Below are positions 46,793-56,759 of a stretch of 64,000 bases of DNA, in pieces. A model generated the notes under the pieces. The model was not told the DNA's origin, did not search any database, and worked only from the letters and a program-made list of their open reading frames with translations. This stretch comes from Thermodesulfovibrio sp. (GTDB lineage: Bacteria; Nitrospirota; Thermodesulfovibrionia; UBA6902). Positions within the stretch are counted from its first letter, which is position 1; each line of letters starts with the position of its first letter. A program made the translations under genes and the position numbers. The stretch spans positions 5,314 to 69,313 of the forward strand of contig JALSHG010000046.1 of the NCBI GenBank assembly GCA_026982355.1, written 5' to 3'.

Positions 46793-48736
46793 CTACTGCA
46801 TATTCTGCATTTCATCTGCCTGGCTTGATATATCCTCGATAGCCTCGGAGATATTCTGCATGCCCTTGCTGCCTTCCTCTGCCGCCCTTGCCGCTTCTTC
46901 AGCCGCCCGCCTGCTCTCAGCAGCACCTTCCTTTATCTGTTTGACAGCCGTGTTGGCCTGTTCAATAGCCGCCAGGATTTCCGACGTGTTGCTGTTAATC
47001 TCTGCGATTTCTTCATGAACAGTCTCGGTCTCTTTTTCAATAGCTTTAAGGTTTGTCGTTGATGTTTTGGCGTTTTCAACTTCCCGGGAAGCTGTCTTTC
47101 CTGCATGGTTAATATTAGCTGAAGCTTGGATTATCTGGTGTTGCATGTTTCTCACCATATCCTTTATCTTGTCAGCATTCTCTGATGATTCGTTCGCCAG
47201 CGTCCGGATATCGCCTGCGACAACGGAAAACCCCCTTCCAAATTCCCCTGCGCGTGCCGCCTCTACCGAGCCGTTTACGGCCAACATGTTTGTCATCAGG
47301 GTGACATTTACTATCTGATCCACTATTTTGTTGATATTGTTTGTTTTGTCCTCAAGTATGCGGATGTTATCAGAGGACTTACCGGATTTTTCAGCCATTT
47401 CCCCGATACTTGCAATCATGGTATCAATATTATTCTTATTTTTTGTAAGCAATTCCTTGAGCGCCGATATCTTTTCAGCCGATTCTTCGGCTGTATCACT
47501 TGTGCTCTTAGCAGAATCTTTAATCCGCCTGCCTAATTCTTCACTCTCGTTTGCCCTTTTTTCTTGTATCACGGCTGCCCTCGATATCTGTTCTATGGCG
47601 ACCGTTATCTGTTTTGCAGCATTGGTTGCCTCTTCAATGTTGGCGGAGAGTTCTTCGGCTGATGCGGCTATTTCTTCCGCGGATTTCTGGATGTCTGTGG
47701 AGTTTTTAAGTGAATCGGTAAGTTCGGCAAGTTCATTTGAAGCAATCTGCATCTCTGAAAATGCCTTATTCTGCTCCTGTATAGCCTTTGAAGATTCCTC
47801 TGCAGAGCTGGACGCCTCCTCAGCACCTGCGGCTATTTCTTCCGCACTTTTCAGCAACTCTCCGGCTGCTGATTGCATGTCAGCGGCTTTATGGGTTATT
47901 TCCTCACAGCTCTTTACAACACTATCAAAATCTCTGTCAATCTGATTAAGTTCAAGAATTATTGACTCTGCCTTCTCGGCTTCTTCCCTTGCAAGTCTGC
48001 CGGTGCTTTCCACATCCGCCACAACCTGCTGAACCTGCTGTTGTATATCATCGACTACCTCTCTAATGCCCCTTGCGCTTCCCTCGGAGGTCTCTGCCAG
48101 ATTCCTTACTTCATCTGCAACAACTGCAAAACCCCTCCCATGCTCACCTGCACGTGCTGCCTCGATCGCTGCATTGAGAGCAAGGAGGTTTGTCTGGTCG
48201 GCAATGCGGACAACAGCGCCAACAATATCACCAATCTCTTCTGAATGTTTCTCCAGCTCTTTTATCATTTCTGTAGACTTTATGTTTACCTTGGCTGCAT
48301 CGCCCACTCCTTTTATCAAAGCCCTGATATCGACTACCGTCGTGCGGACCAGTTCCTGCAGTTTTCTCCCGTTATCAAGAGAACGTTTCGCTCTTTCTGC
48401 TGCTATTACTGAAGACTTTTCGATCTGGCTGATTGCCGCCCTCGTTTGTTCGGAGGCTGAGGATGCCTGCTCAGCAGCACTCGCTATGGATTGCATATTT
48501 TTCCCTAACTGCTCGGAAGCACTTCCGGCCTCTTCAAGAGACGACGCCATTTCCTCGACAGCAGCAGCCAATCTTTCAGCAAGTTGCTGCTGTCGAGCAA
48601 GGGTCCGTGCCTTAGCCTTTTCCTGCGCCAATCGTTTTGCCTCCTCCCTCTTTCTTGTCATGTCGCCGTTTCCATCTTCTTTTACCGCTCCTATACCTTT
48701 GTTGATTACATCGGGTGATAATAATTTTTTTGCCAT
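46793..48736 (-). CDS. soluble methyl-accepting chemotaxis protein with two tandem signalling (MA) domains
   Basis: 647 aa, no TM segment. Two complete highly conserved MCP cores: [38 protein letters not shown] and [35 protein letters not shown], each flanked by heptad-rich methylation-helix-like sequence. Confidence 0.85.
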   Translation of the reverse strand: MAKKLLSPDVINKGIGAVKEDGNGDMTRKREEAKRLAQEKAKARTLARQQQLAERLAAAVEEMASSLEEAGSASEQLGKNMQSIASAAEQASSASEQTRAAISQIEKSSVIAAERAKRSLDNGRKLQELVRTTVVDIRALIKGVGDAAKVNIKSTEMIKELEKHSEEIGDIVGAVVRIADQTNLLALNAAIEAARAGEHGRGFAVVADEVRNLAETSEGSARGIREVVDDIQQQVQQVVADVESTGRLAREEAEKAESIILELNQIDRDFDSVVKSCEEITHKAADMQSAAGELLKSAEEIAAGAEEASSSAEESSKAIQEQNKAFSEMQIASNELAELTDSLKNSTDIQKSAEEIAASAEELSANIEEATNAAKQITVAIEQISRAAVIQEKRANESEELGRRIKDSAKSTSDTAEESAEKISALKELLTKNKNNIDTMIASIGEMAEKSGKSSDNIRILEDKTNNINKIVDQIVNVTLMTNMLAVNGSVEAARAGEFGRGFSVVAGDIRTLANESSENADKIKDMVRNMQHQIIQASANINHAGKTASREVENAKTSTTNLKAIEKETETVHEEIAEINSNTSEILAAIEQANTAVKQIKEGAAESRRAAEEAARAAEEGSKGMQNISEAIEDISSQADEMQNMQ

Positions 48737-48849
48737 ATCTTCTCCTCCTTAGCCCCAACACGGTGCTTTGTTTACGATGATAATGTCTATGGTTTTGAGT
48801 GAAGTTGTATTACACTGCATGGTGATGGTGTTTATCCCGCAAGTGGCCA

Positions 48850-48900
48850 TAGCGAAACCCCACCTTGAAAATGTAGCATAAGGAAACCGCGGCATAAAGC
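48850..48900 (+). repeat. MITE-like remnant (copy l)
   Basis: ACCTTgaaaatgtaGCATAAggaAACCGCgGCATAAAGCGCAGCAG; decayed right-end-like fragments. Confidence 0.35.
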
Positions 48901-48996
48901 GCAGCAGAGTATCAATTCTATAAATATTAATGCCTCTGCGCGGTATTAAAACAGGGAAAAATGGAACGGCAAAAAAAGTGAAGTGAGAATACTTTT

Positions 48997-49058
<62 letters not shown>

Positions 49059-49451
49059 AAAAGTCATGCCAAAACTTACATCTGGTCCATATTTGTTTAA
49101 TAAATTGTTATCTGTATGCATGTTTCAAATTATTTTTTGAAATCGAAAATAAAGCCTATCATCCGCCGTTAAAATAAATTCTTCATTTCCTGTAACAATC
49201 CCTTGCATATCTTTACGCTCTGACATAAATTAGTTTTCTTATTACGGCAGTTTTTCGGAAAACTTTACCAGAAAATTTACCTGCTTTGCTATTTTTTTGA
49301 CCGCCTTCCAAAGGAAATGGAAATGGGAAAGGTGTAGGGGCAACAACCAGAGTCTGACCTCCCTGAGCGTGACAACAGTAATGGGAGGTAAGGACAAGGG
49401 ACGGATCAGGAAATCCCGCGGCGGGGATGCACGAGGGATTCGATTACACAA

Positions 49452-49486
49452 CGGCAAAAAGGCGTCCTGAAATATCAGGACGCCTT
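49452..49486 (-). terminator. rho-independent terminator downstream of rplQ
   Basis: Minus strand reads AAGGCGTCCTGAtatttCAGGACGCCTTTTTGCCG: 11-bp stem plus T-run, 35 nt after the rplQ stop. Confidence 0.75.
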
Positions 49487-49519
49487 GTCAACATTGTCTC
49501 GGAAGTCTCTGGAAAAAGT

Positions 49520-49945
49520 TTATTTGTCTTTTTTCTCTTCCTTCTTCGCCTTTTTACGCTCCTTCTTTTCTTCCTTGGCCCCCTTCAACAGGTCATAATC
49601 GACAAATTCAAGAACAGCCATGGACGCGTTGTCGCCGACACGGTTCCGTGTCTTCAGTATCCTCAGGTAACCGCTCTCCCTTGTAATCTTCGGCGCTATC
49701 TCATTAAACAGCTTTGTTATCACCCTGTTGTCGGGAATGCGGGACAGCGCCAGCCTCCTTGAGCTCAAATCTCCTTTTCTTCCGAGGGTGATCACACGCT
49801 CCGCCAGCCTCCTCGCCTCTTTTGCCTTGGCCACCGTCGTCTCTATCCTGAGATGTTCAAACAGCGATATAACAAGCCCGCGTAACAGGGCCTTTCTCTG
49901 ATTGGTGTTCCTGTGGAATCTCCTTCCCGCCACTCTATGTCGCAT
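49520..49945 (-). CDS. rplQ: 50S ribosomal protein L17
   Basis: 141 aa MRHRVAGRRFHRNTNQRKALLRGL...; L17 signature; lysine-rich tail. Confidence 0.95.
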   Translation of the reverse strand: MRHRVAGRRFHRNTNQRKALLRGLVISLFEHLRIETTVAKAKEARRLAERVITLGRKGDLSSRRLALSRIPDNRVITKLFNEIAPKITRESGYLRILKTRNRVGDNASMAVLEFVDYDLLKGAKEEKKERKKAKKEEKKDK

Positions 49946-51080
49946 TTTCCGTCCTCTTCATCGCCGCCAGTTTTTCCAGGTCTTCAGGTTCTATCCTCAT
50001 GTTGAACGACAGTCCCATGGCGCTGATGATTTCCTTTATCTCATTCAGGGACTTGCGCCCGAAATTCTTCGTCCTGAGCATCTCCTGCTCGGTCTTCTGT
50101 ACAAGGTCGGCGAGTGTGCGGATGTTGGCGTTTTTCAGGCAATTATAGGAGCGCACCGAGAGCTCGAGCTCTTCGACATTCTTGAGCAGATTTTCATTAA
50201 GTTCCGGCCGTTCCTCGCTGTAATATTCGGTGTGAGTGCCGGGATTGTGCCCGGCTTCCTCCCGAGGTGCGTCATCGGAAGCCTCCGCAGGCGCATCGGC
50301 GTCTTCTTCTTCGGCAGGAGTCTCCTCGGCAGCGGTCTCGGGCGGTTCCACCGTTTCTTCCTCTTCGGTTCCGGGCGCCTCTCCCCCGTTGAAGGAAAAA
50401 AGCGCTAAATGCTCGTTCAGTATCCCGGCCGCCTCTGTTACGGCGGCCTGAGGGGTGACGCTCCCGTCCGTCCATATCTCCATGACAAGCCTGTCATAAT
50501 CCGTGGAACGTCCCACCCTGGCCCTCTCCACCCAGAAATTGACCTTCCTGATGGGTGTGAAGATTGAATCTATCTCTATTGTATCGATCGGTTCATCCGC
50601 CTTCTTGTTGGCATCCGCCGTGACATAGCCCTTGCCCTTTGCTATGTTCAGTTCCATGGTGAAATCAACGTCTTTCTCCAGGGTTGCTATATGCTGCTCG
50701 GTATTGAGCACCTCGATATGGGCACCCTTTATATCCGCTCCCCTGATCTCTCCGGGACCTTTCATGCTGACCGTGACCGTCTGCGGTGTGTCTGTATGCA
50801 TCCTGAAACGCAGTTGCTTCACGTTCAAAACGATATCCACTATGTCTTCTTTGACGCCGGGCAGTGTGGAGAACTCATGAAGCACCCCCGGGATCCTTAT
50901 GGAAGTCACCGCAGCCCCCTCTATGGATGACAGCAGTATTCTCCTCAGCGCGTTTCCTATGGTTACGGCAAAACCCCGCTCAAATGCCTCTGCCGAGAGT
51001 CTGCCGTATGTATTTGTAAGGCTCTCCGAATCGAAACTGATATTTTCAGGTAGTTGAAAGCCTTTTTTTCTGAGATCCAT
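49935..51080 (-). CDS. rpoA: DNA-directed RNA polymerase subunit alpha (with long acidic inter-domain linker)
   Basis: Start at MDLRKKG (AAGGAGG RBS 5 nt upstream); NTD (GNALRRILLSS), CTD (SVRSYNCLKNANIRTLADL); a block of about 45 residues rich in E/A/P/T/D lies between them. Confidence 0.93.
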   Translation of the reverse strand: MDLRKKGFQLPENISFDSESLTNTYGRLSAEAFERGFAVTIGNALRRILLSSIEGAAVTSIRIPGVLHEFSTLPGVKEDIVDIVLNVKQLRFRMHTDTPQTVTVSMKGPGEIRGADIKGAHIEVLNTEQHIATLEKDVDFTMELNIAKGKGYVTADANKKADEPIDTIEIDSIFTPIRKVNFWVERARVGRSTDYDRLVMEIWTDGSVTPQAAVTEAAGILNEHLALFSFNGGEAPGTEEEETVEPPETAAEETPAEEEDADAPAEASDDAPREEAGHNPGTHTEYYSEERPELNENLLKNVEELELSVRSYNCLKNANIRTLADLVQKTEQEMLRTKNFGRKSLNEIKEIISAMGLSFNMRIEPEDLEKLAAMKRTENAT

Positions 51081-51156
51081 TAAGCCTCCTTGCATAATGT
51101 TTCATTATACTGATTGCTCGGACATGTTTATTCAGCCCGTTTAAATCGCCTGTAAT

Positions 51157-51783
51157 TTATTTGGAGTACAACTCAATTATCAACTGCTCCTGTACAGGCA
51201 GCTCTATTTCATCCCTCGACGGATAATTCAGTATCTTGCCCCTGAGATTGCCCGTATCCATTTCCAGCCAGCCGGGCAGGCCCCTGTGCTCTATCTTGGA
51301 GATGTTTTCCCCGATGATATTGAGCTTCCTGCTTGATTCCTTCAGTGCTATGGTGTCACCGGTGCGAACCAGGTAAGAGGGAATATTGACCCGCCTGTCG
51401 TTCACCGTGAAATGGCCGTGCAGCACGAGCTGCCTCGCCTGCCTGCGGTTTGCGGCGAAACCGAGCCTGTAGACTATGTTATCCAGCCTGCGCTCCAGCA
51501 ATTGCAGGAGATTGCTTCCAGTAACGCCTTTTTTCTTTTCCGCCATATAGAAGTATTTCTTGAACTGTTTCTCAAGCAGGCCGTATGTCTCTTTCGCCTT
51601 CTGTTTTTCCCTGAGCTGCAATGCATAATCGGAAAGCTTCCTTCTTCTCTGGCCGTGCTGGCCCGGAGCGTATTTTCTTCTTTCAACCGCGCATTTGTCC
51701 GTATAGCACCTGTCTCCTTTCAGAAACAGCTTTTCACCCTCTCTCCTGCACAACCTGCACAGCGCATCTCTGTATCTCGCCAC
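51157..51783 (-). CDS. rpsD: 30S ribosomal protein S4
   Basis: 208 aa [32 protein letters not shown]... (C4 zinc form). Confidence 0.96.
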   Translation of the reverse strand: MARYRDALCRLCRREGEKLFLKGDRCYTDKCAVERRKYAPGQHGQRRRKLSDYALQLREKQKAKETYGLLEKQFKKYFYMAEKKKGVTGSNLLQLLERRLDNIVYRLGFAANRRQARQLVLHGHFTVNDRRVNIPSYLVRTGDTIALKESSRKLNIIGENISKIEHRGLPGWLEMDTGNLRGKILNYPSRDEIELPVQEQLIIELYSK

Positions 51784-52172
51784 TATACTCTTCTCCTTTT
51801 CGGTGGTTTCGTGCCGTTGTGCGGAACAGGGGTTACATCCTTGATAAGGCTTATTTCAAGGCCTGCGGACTGCAGGGCCCTTATGGCCGATTCCCTGCCG
51901 GCTCCGGGACCCTTCACGTATACATTGATATGCCTCATTCCGAAACCCATCGCCTTTCTGGCTGCATTGTCCGCCGCTATCTGCGCGGCATAGGGAGTCC
52001 CCTTTCTTGAACCCTTGAACCCCTGGGCGCCGGCCGAAGACCACGTGATGACATTGCCGTTCTGGTCCGTTATGGTAATAATGGTGTTGTTGAATGTCGC
52101 CTGTATATATGCATCGCCGGAATGCACCGTCTTTTTTTCTTTCTTGCCGCTTTTCTTTCTCTTCTGAGCCAT
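51783..52172 (-). CDS. rpsK: 30S ribosomal protein S11
   Basis: 129 aa; ...[21 protein letters not shown]-terminus. Confidence 0.96.
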   Translation of the reverse strand: MAQKRKKSGKKEKKTVHSGDAYIQATFNNTIITITDQNGNVITWSSAGAQGFKGSRKGTPYAAQIAADNAARKAMGFGMRHINVYVKGPGAGRESAIRALQSAGLEISLIKDVTPVPHNGTKPPKRRRV

Positions 52173-52175
52173 TAT

Positions 52176-52550
52176 TTAAACACCTCTCTTCTTCATGCCG
52201 CCTATAGCCTTCTTGGGACCCTTGCGGGTGCGGGCATTGGTGCTGGTCCTCTGACCGCGCACCGGCAGCCTGGCCCTGTGCCTCAGCCCCCTGTAACTGC
52301 CGATATCCTGGAGTCTCTTTATGTTCATCGCTATTTCACGCCTGAGGTCTCCTTCAACCTTGCAGTCCCTTTCTATGACGGTCCTTAGTTTGACGCCTTC
52401 TTCATCGGTAAGGTCCCTTGTTTTCTTGTTGGGATCCACGCCCGTTTCCTGCAATATCCTGCGGGATGTGGTTCTCCCGATGCCGAAAATCCTCGTCAGG
52501 CTTATCTCCACCCTCTCATTTTTCGGTAAATCCACTCCTGCTATTCTCAC
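52176..52550 (-). CDS. rpsM: 30S ribosomal protein S13 (GTG start)
   Basis: (M)[24 protein letters not shown]...; GTG start with AGAGG RBS. Confidence 0.95.
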   Translation of the reverse strand: MRIAGVDLPKNERVEISLTRIFGIGRTTSRRILQETGVDPNKKTRDLTDEEGVKLRTVIERDCKVEGDLRREIAMNIKRLQDIGSYRGLRHRARLPVRGQRTSTNARTRKGPKKAIGGMKKRGV

Positions 52551-52564
52551 CTTGGCATATCCTC

Positions 52565-52678
52565 TCTTATCCCTGTCTTTGTTTGTGTTTCGGGTTGCTG
52601 CATATCACCCTGACCACGCCTTCCCTCTTGATCACCTTGCATTTTGGGCATATGGGCTTTACTGATGAACGAACTTTC
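52565..52678 (-). CDS. rpmJ: 50S ribosomal protein L36 (zinc-ribbon type)
   Basis: Not in the >=60-aa ORF track. Manual translation gives [37 protein letters not shown], 37 aa with the C-x2-C-x12-C-x4-H motif; sits between infA and rpsM as expected. Confidence 0.9.
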
Positions 52679-52687
52679 ATGTCTACC

Positions 52688-52906
52688 TCATTTGAACCTG
52701 TATGTTATTCTGCCTTTTGTAAGGTCGTAGGGGGAGAGTTCCACCGTCACTTTATCCCCCGGCAGTATCTTTATAAAATGCATCCGCATCTTTCCGGAGA
52801 CATACGCCAGTATCCTCTGCTTGTTTTCAAGCTCCACCCTGAACATTGCGTTGGGCAGGTTTTCGATAATGGTTCCCTGAACCTCTATGGCGTCTTCTTT
52901 GGGCAT
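52688..52906 (-). CDS. infA: translation initiation factor IF-1
   Basis: 72 aa [29 protein letters not shown]... Confidence 0.96.
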   Translation of the reverse strand: MPKEDAIEVQGTIIENLPNAMFRVELENKQRILAYVSGKMRMHFIKILPGDKVTVELSPYDLTKGRITYRFK

Positions 52907-52937
52907 TTTTTTCAGAACTTATAATTATAATTATTCT

Positions 52938-53684
52938 CTATAATTTAGTCAAGATATCATGGCCCTTTTTTGTAATGGCAACTGTGTGCTCGAAATGGGC
53001 CGACAGGCTCCCGTCCTTTGTCACCGCCGTCCAGCCGTCGCTTAATATAACGACTTCCCAGCCGCCTGCGTTAACCATGGGCTCAATCGCAAGCGTCATC
53101 CCTTCCCTGAGCCTCGGGCCCTCCCCGGCCCTGCCGAAATTGGGTATCTGCGGCTCCTCGTGAAGCTCTCTTCCAATGCCGTGGCCCACAAAGTTTCTCA
53201 CCACTGAAAAGCCCTCCGACTCCGCGCAGGCCTGTATGGCGGATGATATGTCAGAGAGCCTGTTGCCGGGCACCGCCCTGTCTATCCCGGCCTCCAGGGC
53301 CTTTTCGGTTACCGCAAGCAGTTTTTCAGCCGGGCCGTTTATCCTGCCCACCGGCAATGTCACGGCGGCGTCTCCGTAAAATCCCCTGTAATACACCCCT
53401 ATGTCAAGGCTGATGATATCGCCGTCCGCCAGCCTGGCCGGTGAAGGGATGCCGTGGACGACCTGCTCATTTACGGATGTGCACACACTCGCGGGATAGC
53501 CCCTGTATCCCTTGAAGGCCGGCCTCGCCCCTTTTGAACGAATAAACGATTCCGCAAACTCATCGAGCTCTTTTGTCGTCACCCCCGGTGCCACGATTTT
53601 TTTTATTCCTTCCAGCACCTCGGCCACGATCCGGCAGGACTCTGCCATACGGTTTATTTCATCTTCCGACTTCAGAACTATCAA
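52938..53684 (-). CDS. map: type I methionine aminopeptidase
   Basis: 248 aa; metal ligands in the AFKGYRGYPASVCTSVNEQVVHGIP...FVGHGIG... context. Confidence 0.95.
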   Translation of the reverse strand: MIVLKSEDEINRMAESCRIVAEVLEGIKKIVAPGVTTKELDEFAESFIRSKGARPAFKGYRGYPASVCTSVNEQVVHGIPSPARLADGDIISLDIGVYYRGFYGDAAVTLPVGRINGPAEKLLAVTEKALEAGIDRAVPGNRLSDISSAIQACAESEGFSVVRNFVGHGIGRELHEEPQIPNFGRAGEGPRLREGMTLAIEPMVNAGGWEVVILSDGWTAVTKDGSLSAHFEHTVAITKKGHDILTKL

Positions 53685-53711
53685 TTATCAGATCAGTGCC
53701 CATCTTCCGGT

Positions 53712-53812
53712 TGTATAAACCTTACAGTTGCATAAAAGCATCGCCCTGCGGGCAGGAGAATGTGCGGCAGGTTTTACGCCGGGCTCTCCTGCCGGCTTAT
53801 GCAACATCAAGT
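53712..53812 (-). repeat. MITE/REP-like element, short form, inverted orientation (copy m) between secY and map
   Basis: ACCTTACAGttGCATAAAAgCAtCGCCctgcgGGCAGGAGAaTgtgcggcaggttttacgCCGGgCTCTCCTGCCGGCTTATGCAACATcAAG; occupies the slot where adk normally lies. Confidence 0.85.
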
Positions 53813-53816
53813 TTAA

Positions 53817-55124
53817 TCAGTGTCTCCTGCCCCGGATCCTGCCTTTTTTCAGAAATCCATCATACGAGCGCGTCACCAGGTGGGACTCCATCTGCGAAAT
53901 CGTATCCAGCGCAACACCTACAATTATAAGTATGGACGTGCCTCCGAAATAAAAAGGCACCTTGAAATATTTTATAAAAAATTCCGGAAGTACGCATACC
54001 AGGGACAGGTACACCGCGCCCCCGAAAGTGATCCTCGCAAGGACGCGGTATATGTAATCAGATGTCTTCTGTCCCGGCCTCACACCCGGAATAAACCCTC
54101 CGTATTTTTTCAGGTTGTCCGCAATATCCACGGGGTTGAAGATAATCGAGGTATAAAAGTAGCAGAAGAAGAATATCATGCTCACGTAAAGCACCGTGTA
54201 AAACGTTGTGCCCGGCGTAAGCTGCCTTGAGAGCGACTGCACCCACGGGACCGAGATAAAGCCTGCTATTGTTGCGGGAAACATTATTATGGATGACGCG
54301 AATATCGGCGGGATAACGCCCGCGGTGTTCACCTTAAGCGGCAGATGGGTGCTCTGGCCGCCGTATACCTTTCTTCCGACCACGCGCTTGGCGTACTGTA
54401 TGGGGATCTTCCTCTGCCCCCGCTCCACATAGACGATGACGGCTATGACCGCTATCATGATGACCACCACGAAGAGGAGCAGCAGGATATGCATCTCCCC
54501 CGCCCTCAGGAGGGATACGGAGCCGATGACCGCATTCGGAAACCTCGCCACTATGCCGGCGAAAATTATAAGGGAAATGCCGTTGCCGATCCCACGCTCG
54601 GTGATCTGTTCGCCGAGCCACATTATGAATGCGGTGCCCGAGGTCATGGTAATCATGGTCATGAGCCTGAACGGCCAGCCCGGGTTCTGGACGAATGCAC
54701 CCTGGTTCATGCTTTCGATTCCGACGGCTATGCCGATTGACTGGACGATGCTTATCAGCACGGTGCCGTAACGTGTATACTGCGTGATCTTTTTTCTGCC
54801 GGCTTCGCCCTCTTTTGCGAGCTTGCCGAGCGCGGGAATAACGACCGTCAGCAGTTGCAGGATGATGGATGCGCTTATGTAAGGCATTATGCCCAGCGCA
54901 AAGATCGTGGCCCTTGACAGCGCGCCGCCCGAGAACATGTCGAAGAACCCCATGAGCGCCCCGCCCCTCTCCATGAGAAACTTGCTCAGTTCCTCTCCGT
55001 TGATCCCGGGGGTGGGGATATGGGCGCCTACCCTGTAAACCGCCAGGAGGGCAAGGGTGAAGATTATCCTGCTCTTAAGCTCTGCTATGCGAAAAACATT
55101 CTGGAAGCTGTTGATGATGCCCAC
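53817..55124 (-). CDS. secY: preprotein translocase subunit SecY
   Basis: 435 aa, 10 TM segments, conserved SecY plug/hinge sequences. Confidence 0.97.
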   Translation of the reverse strand: MGIINSFQNVFRIAELKSRIIFTLALLAVYRVGAHIPTPGINGEELSKFLMERGGALMGFFDMFSGGALSRATIFALGIMPYISASIILQLLTVVIPALGKLAKEGEAGRKKITQYTRYGTVLISIVQSIGIAVGIESMNQGAFVQNPGWPFRLMTMITMTSGTAFIMWLGEQITERGIGNGISLIIFAGIVARFPNAVIGSVSLLRAGEMHILLLLFVVVIMIAVIAVIVYVERGQRKIPIQYAKRVVGRKVYGGQSTHLPLKVNTAGVIPPIFASSIIMFPATIAGFISVPWVQSLSRQLTPGTTFYTVLYVSMIFFFCYFYTSIIFNPVDIADNLKKYGGFIPGVRPGQKTSDYIYRVLARITFGGAVYLSLVCVLPEFFIKYFKVPFYFGGTSILIIVGVALDTISQMESHLVTRSYDGFLKKGRIRGRRH

Positions 55125-55174
55125 GATAAGAAAATCTCAGATATTTTAAGAGTTAAACAAAATCTTCCTGAATT

Positions 55175-55208
55175 TTGAATCTTGAATCTTGAATCTTGAA
55201 TCTTGAAT
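55175..55208. repeat. heptanucleotide tandem repeat (CTTGAAT)x4 plus a partial unit
   Basis: ttgaatCTTGAATCTTGAATCTTGAATCTTGAAT read directly, in the 85-bp rplO-secY spacer. Confidence 0.9.
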
Positions 55209-55209
55209 T

Positions 55210-55647
55210 TCAAATAATCTCCGCGCTTCCCTGTGCCCGCGTTATTTTTTCTTTTGCAGAGGCGCTGAAGGCATGGGCCCTGACCGTGACCGGCCGCGAG
55301 ATGTCCCCGTTGCCGAGTATCTTTATCCCGTCCCGGAGTTTCCTGACGACTCCTTCCTTCAGAAGATACTCCGGTGTGATCTCGGTCTCACCGAGCTTGT
55401 CAAGTGTGCCGACATTTACAATCGCGTATTCTTTCCTGAAAATGTTTGTGAAACCCCTCTTGGGAAGCCTGCGCTGCAACGGCATCTGCCCGCCTTCAAA
55501 ACCGGGTTTGACGCCGCCGCCGCTTCTTGAATTCTGTCCCTTGTGCCCCCTGCATGATGTCTTGCCGTGGCCGGAGCCGGGACCCCTGCCCACTCTCTTC
55601 CTCTTTTTCCTGCTTCCGGGAGCCGGTGCAAGTTCGGATAGTTTCAT
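55210..55647 (-). CDS. rplO: 50S ribosomal protein L15
   Basis: 145 aa [31 protein letters not shown]... Confidence 0.96.
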   Translation of the reverse strand: MKLSELAPAPGSRKKRKRVGRGPGSGHGKTSCRGHKGQNSRSGGGVKPGFEGGQMPLQRRLPKRGFTNIFRKEYAIVNVGTLDKLGETEITPEYLLKEGVVRKLRDGIKILGNGDISRPVTVRAHAFSASAKEKITRAQGSAEII

Positions 55648-55845
55648 TTATTCCTCCACTGCCTCGCTGACTTCGACCAGATGAGCGGTCTTCTGTATCA
55701 TCCCGCGTATGGAAGGCGTATCCTTATGAATAACGCTCCGGTTGATTTTCCTCAGTCCCAGGGAACGAATGATCCTCCTGTGTTTTTCCGGCCTGCCGAT
55801 GAGGCTTCGCTTTAATGTCACTTTAAGTGTTTTCATCGGAATCAC
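55648..55845 (-). CDS. rpmD: 50S ribosomal protein L30
   Basis: (MIP)[30 protein letters not shown]...; the true start is probably M4 (55836). Confidence 0.92.
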   Translation of the reverse strand: MIPMKTLKVTLKRSLIGRPEKHRRIIRSLGLRKINRSVIHKDTPSIRGMIQKTAHLVEVSEAVEE

Positions 55846-56344
55846 CCCTGTTTTTTTCTTCGGTTCTGCCGGTTCTTCTCTGGACGCTTTCAGGGTCCTT
55901 GAGCTTCAGAAGACCGTCCAGGGTGGCCCTTACGGTATTGAAAGGATTGCGGCTTCCCAGTGACTTGGCCACAATATTGCGTATCCCGGCCACTTCCATG
56001 ATCGCCCTGACGGGACCGCCGGCTATGAGGCCCGTCCCCGGCCTGGCGGGAAGCATCACGACTCTTCCCGCCCCGTACTCGCCGTTTATCCTGTGGGGGA
56101 TGGTGCCGTCCTTGACGGGCACCTTCACGAGCGCCCTCTTTGCCTGCTCAACGGCCTTTCGGATGGCCTCGGGAACCTCCGCCGCCTTTCCCTTGCCAAA
56201 GCCTATGCAGCCGCTTTCATCGCCGACGACCACGAGCGCGCTGAACGAGAAACGCCTTCCGCCCTTGACGACTTTGGCGACCCTGTTTATATATATAACC
56301 TTGTCCTTTAATGTTCCGAGACTCTCAGAGTCGATTCTACCCAC
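55823..56344 (-). CDS. rpsE: 30S ribosomal protein S5
   Basis: 173 aa; ...[27 protein letters not shown]... Confidence 0.96.
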   Translation of the reverse strand: MGRIDSESLGTLKDKVIYINRVAKVVKGGRRFSFSALVVVGDESGCIGFGKGKAAEVPEAIRKAVEQAKRALVKVPVKDGTIPHRINGEYGAGRVVMLPARPGTGLIAGGPVRAIMEVAGIRNIVAKSLGSRNPFNTVRATLDGLLKLKDPESVQRRTGRTEEKNRGDSDENT

Positions 56345-56361
56345 TATGCCTCCCTTTGAAC

Positions 56362-56724
56362 TTAAAATTCAAGCCCGCCTTCCCGCGCCGCGTCAGCCAG
56401 GGCCTTGACCCTGCCGTGATAGAGGTATCCGCCCCTGTCGAAAACGACTTTTTTTATGCCTTTATCAGCAGCCCTGCCGGCAATCAGCAAACCCACGGCC
56501 TTTGCAGCCTCGATATTGCCTCCCGAGCCGAGCTTTTCCCTGATCTCCTTGTCCAGGCTTGAGGCGGCGGCGAGTGTGTGTCCTGATATATCATCGATTA
56601 TCTGTGCGTATATGTGTTTAAGGCTCCTGAATACGTTAAGCCTGGGCTTGTCGGGCGTACCTGAGACTTTCTTCCTGACCCTGAAGTGTCTGGCTTTTCT
56701 CGCCCTTGCTCTCTTTGATTTCAA
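56362..56724 (-). CDS. rplR: 50S ribosomal protein L18
   Basis: 120 aa [34 protein letters not shown]... Confidence 0.96.
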   Translation of the reverse strand: MKSKRARARKARHFRVRKKVSGTPDKPRLNVFRSLKHIYAQIIDDISGHTLAAASSLDKEIREKLGSGGNIEAAKAVGLLIAGRAADKGIKKVVFDRGGYLYHGRVKALADAAREGGLEF

Positions 56725-56759
56725 TCTTTCACCTCAAAAACTGTTTTTAGTTCAGGCAG

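Noticed and set aside
47328-48752. Two long plus-strand ORFs (205 and 228 aa) rich in Ser/Ala within the dual-domain MCP gene
   Set aside because: Antisense to the MCP, whose heptad-repeat Ala/Glu-rich sequence produces complementary Ser/Ala-rich open frames. No independent evidence for them.
49316-49455. GC-rich structured segment after the rplQ terminator considered as a tRNA, RNase P or SRP RNA
   Set aside because: No T-loop (GTTCGANTC) or cloverleaf. No match to conserved RNase P (GGAAAGTCCGGGCT) or SRP (GGUGCUGUUUACC...AGCAG) boxes by eye. Retained only as an unclassified candidate leader or ncRNA.
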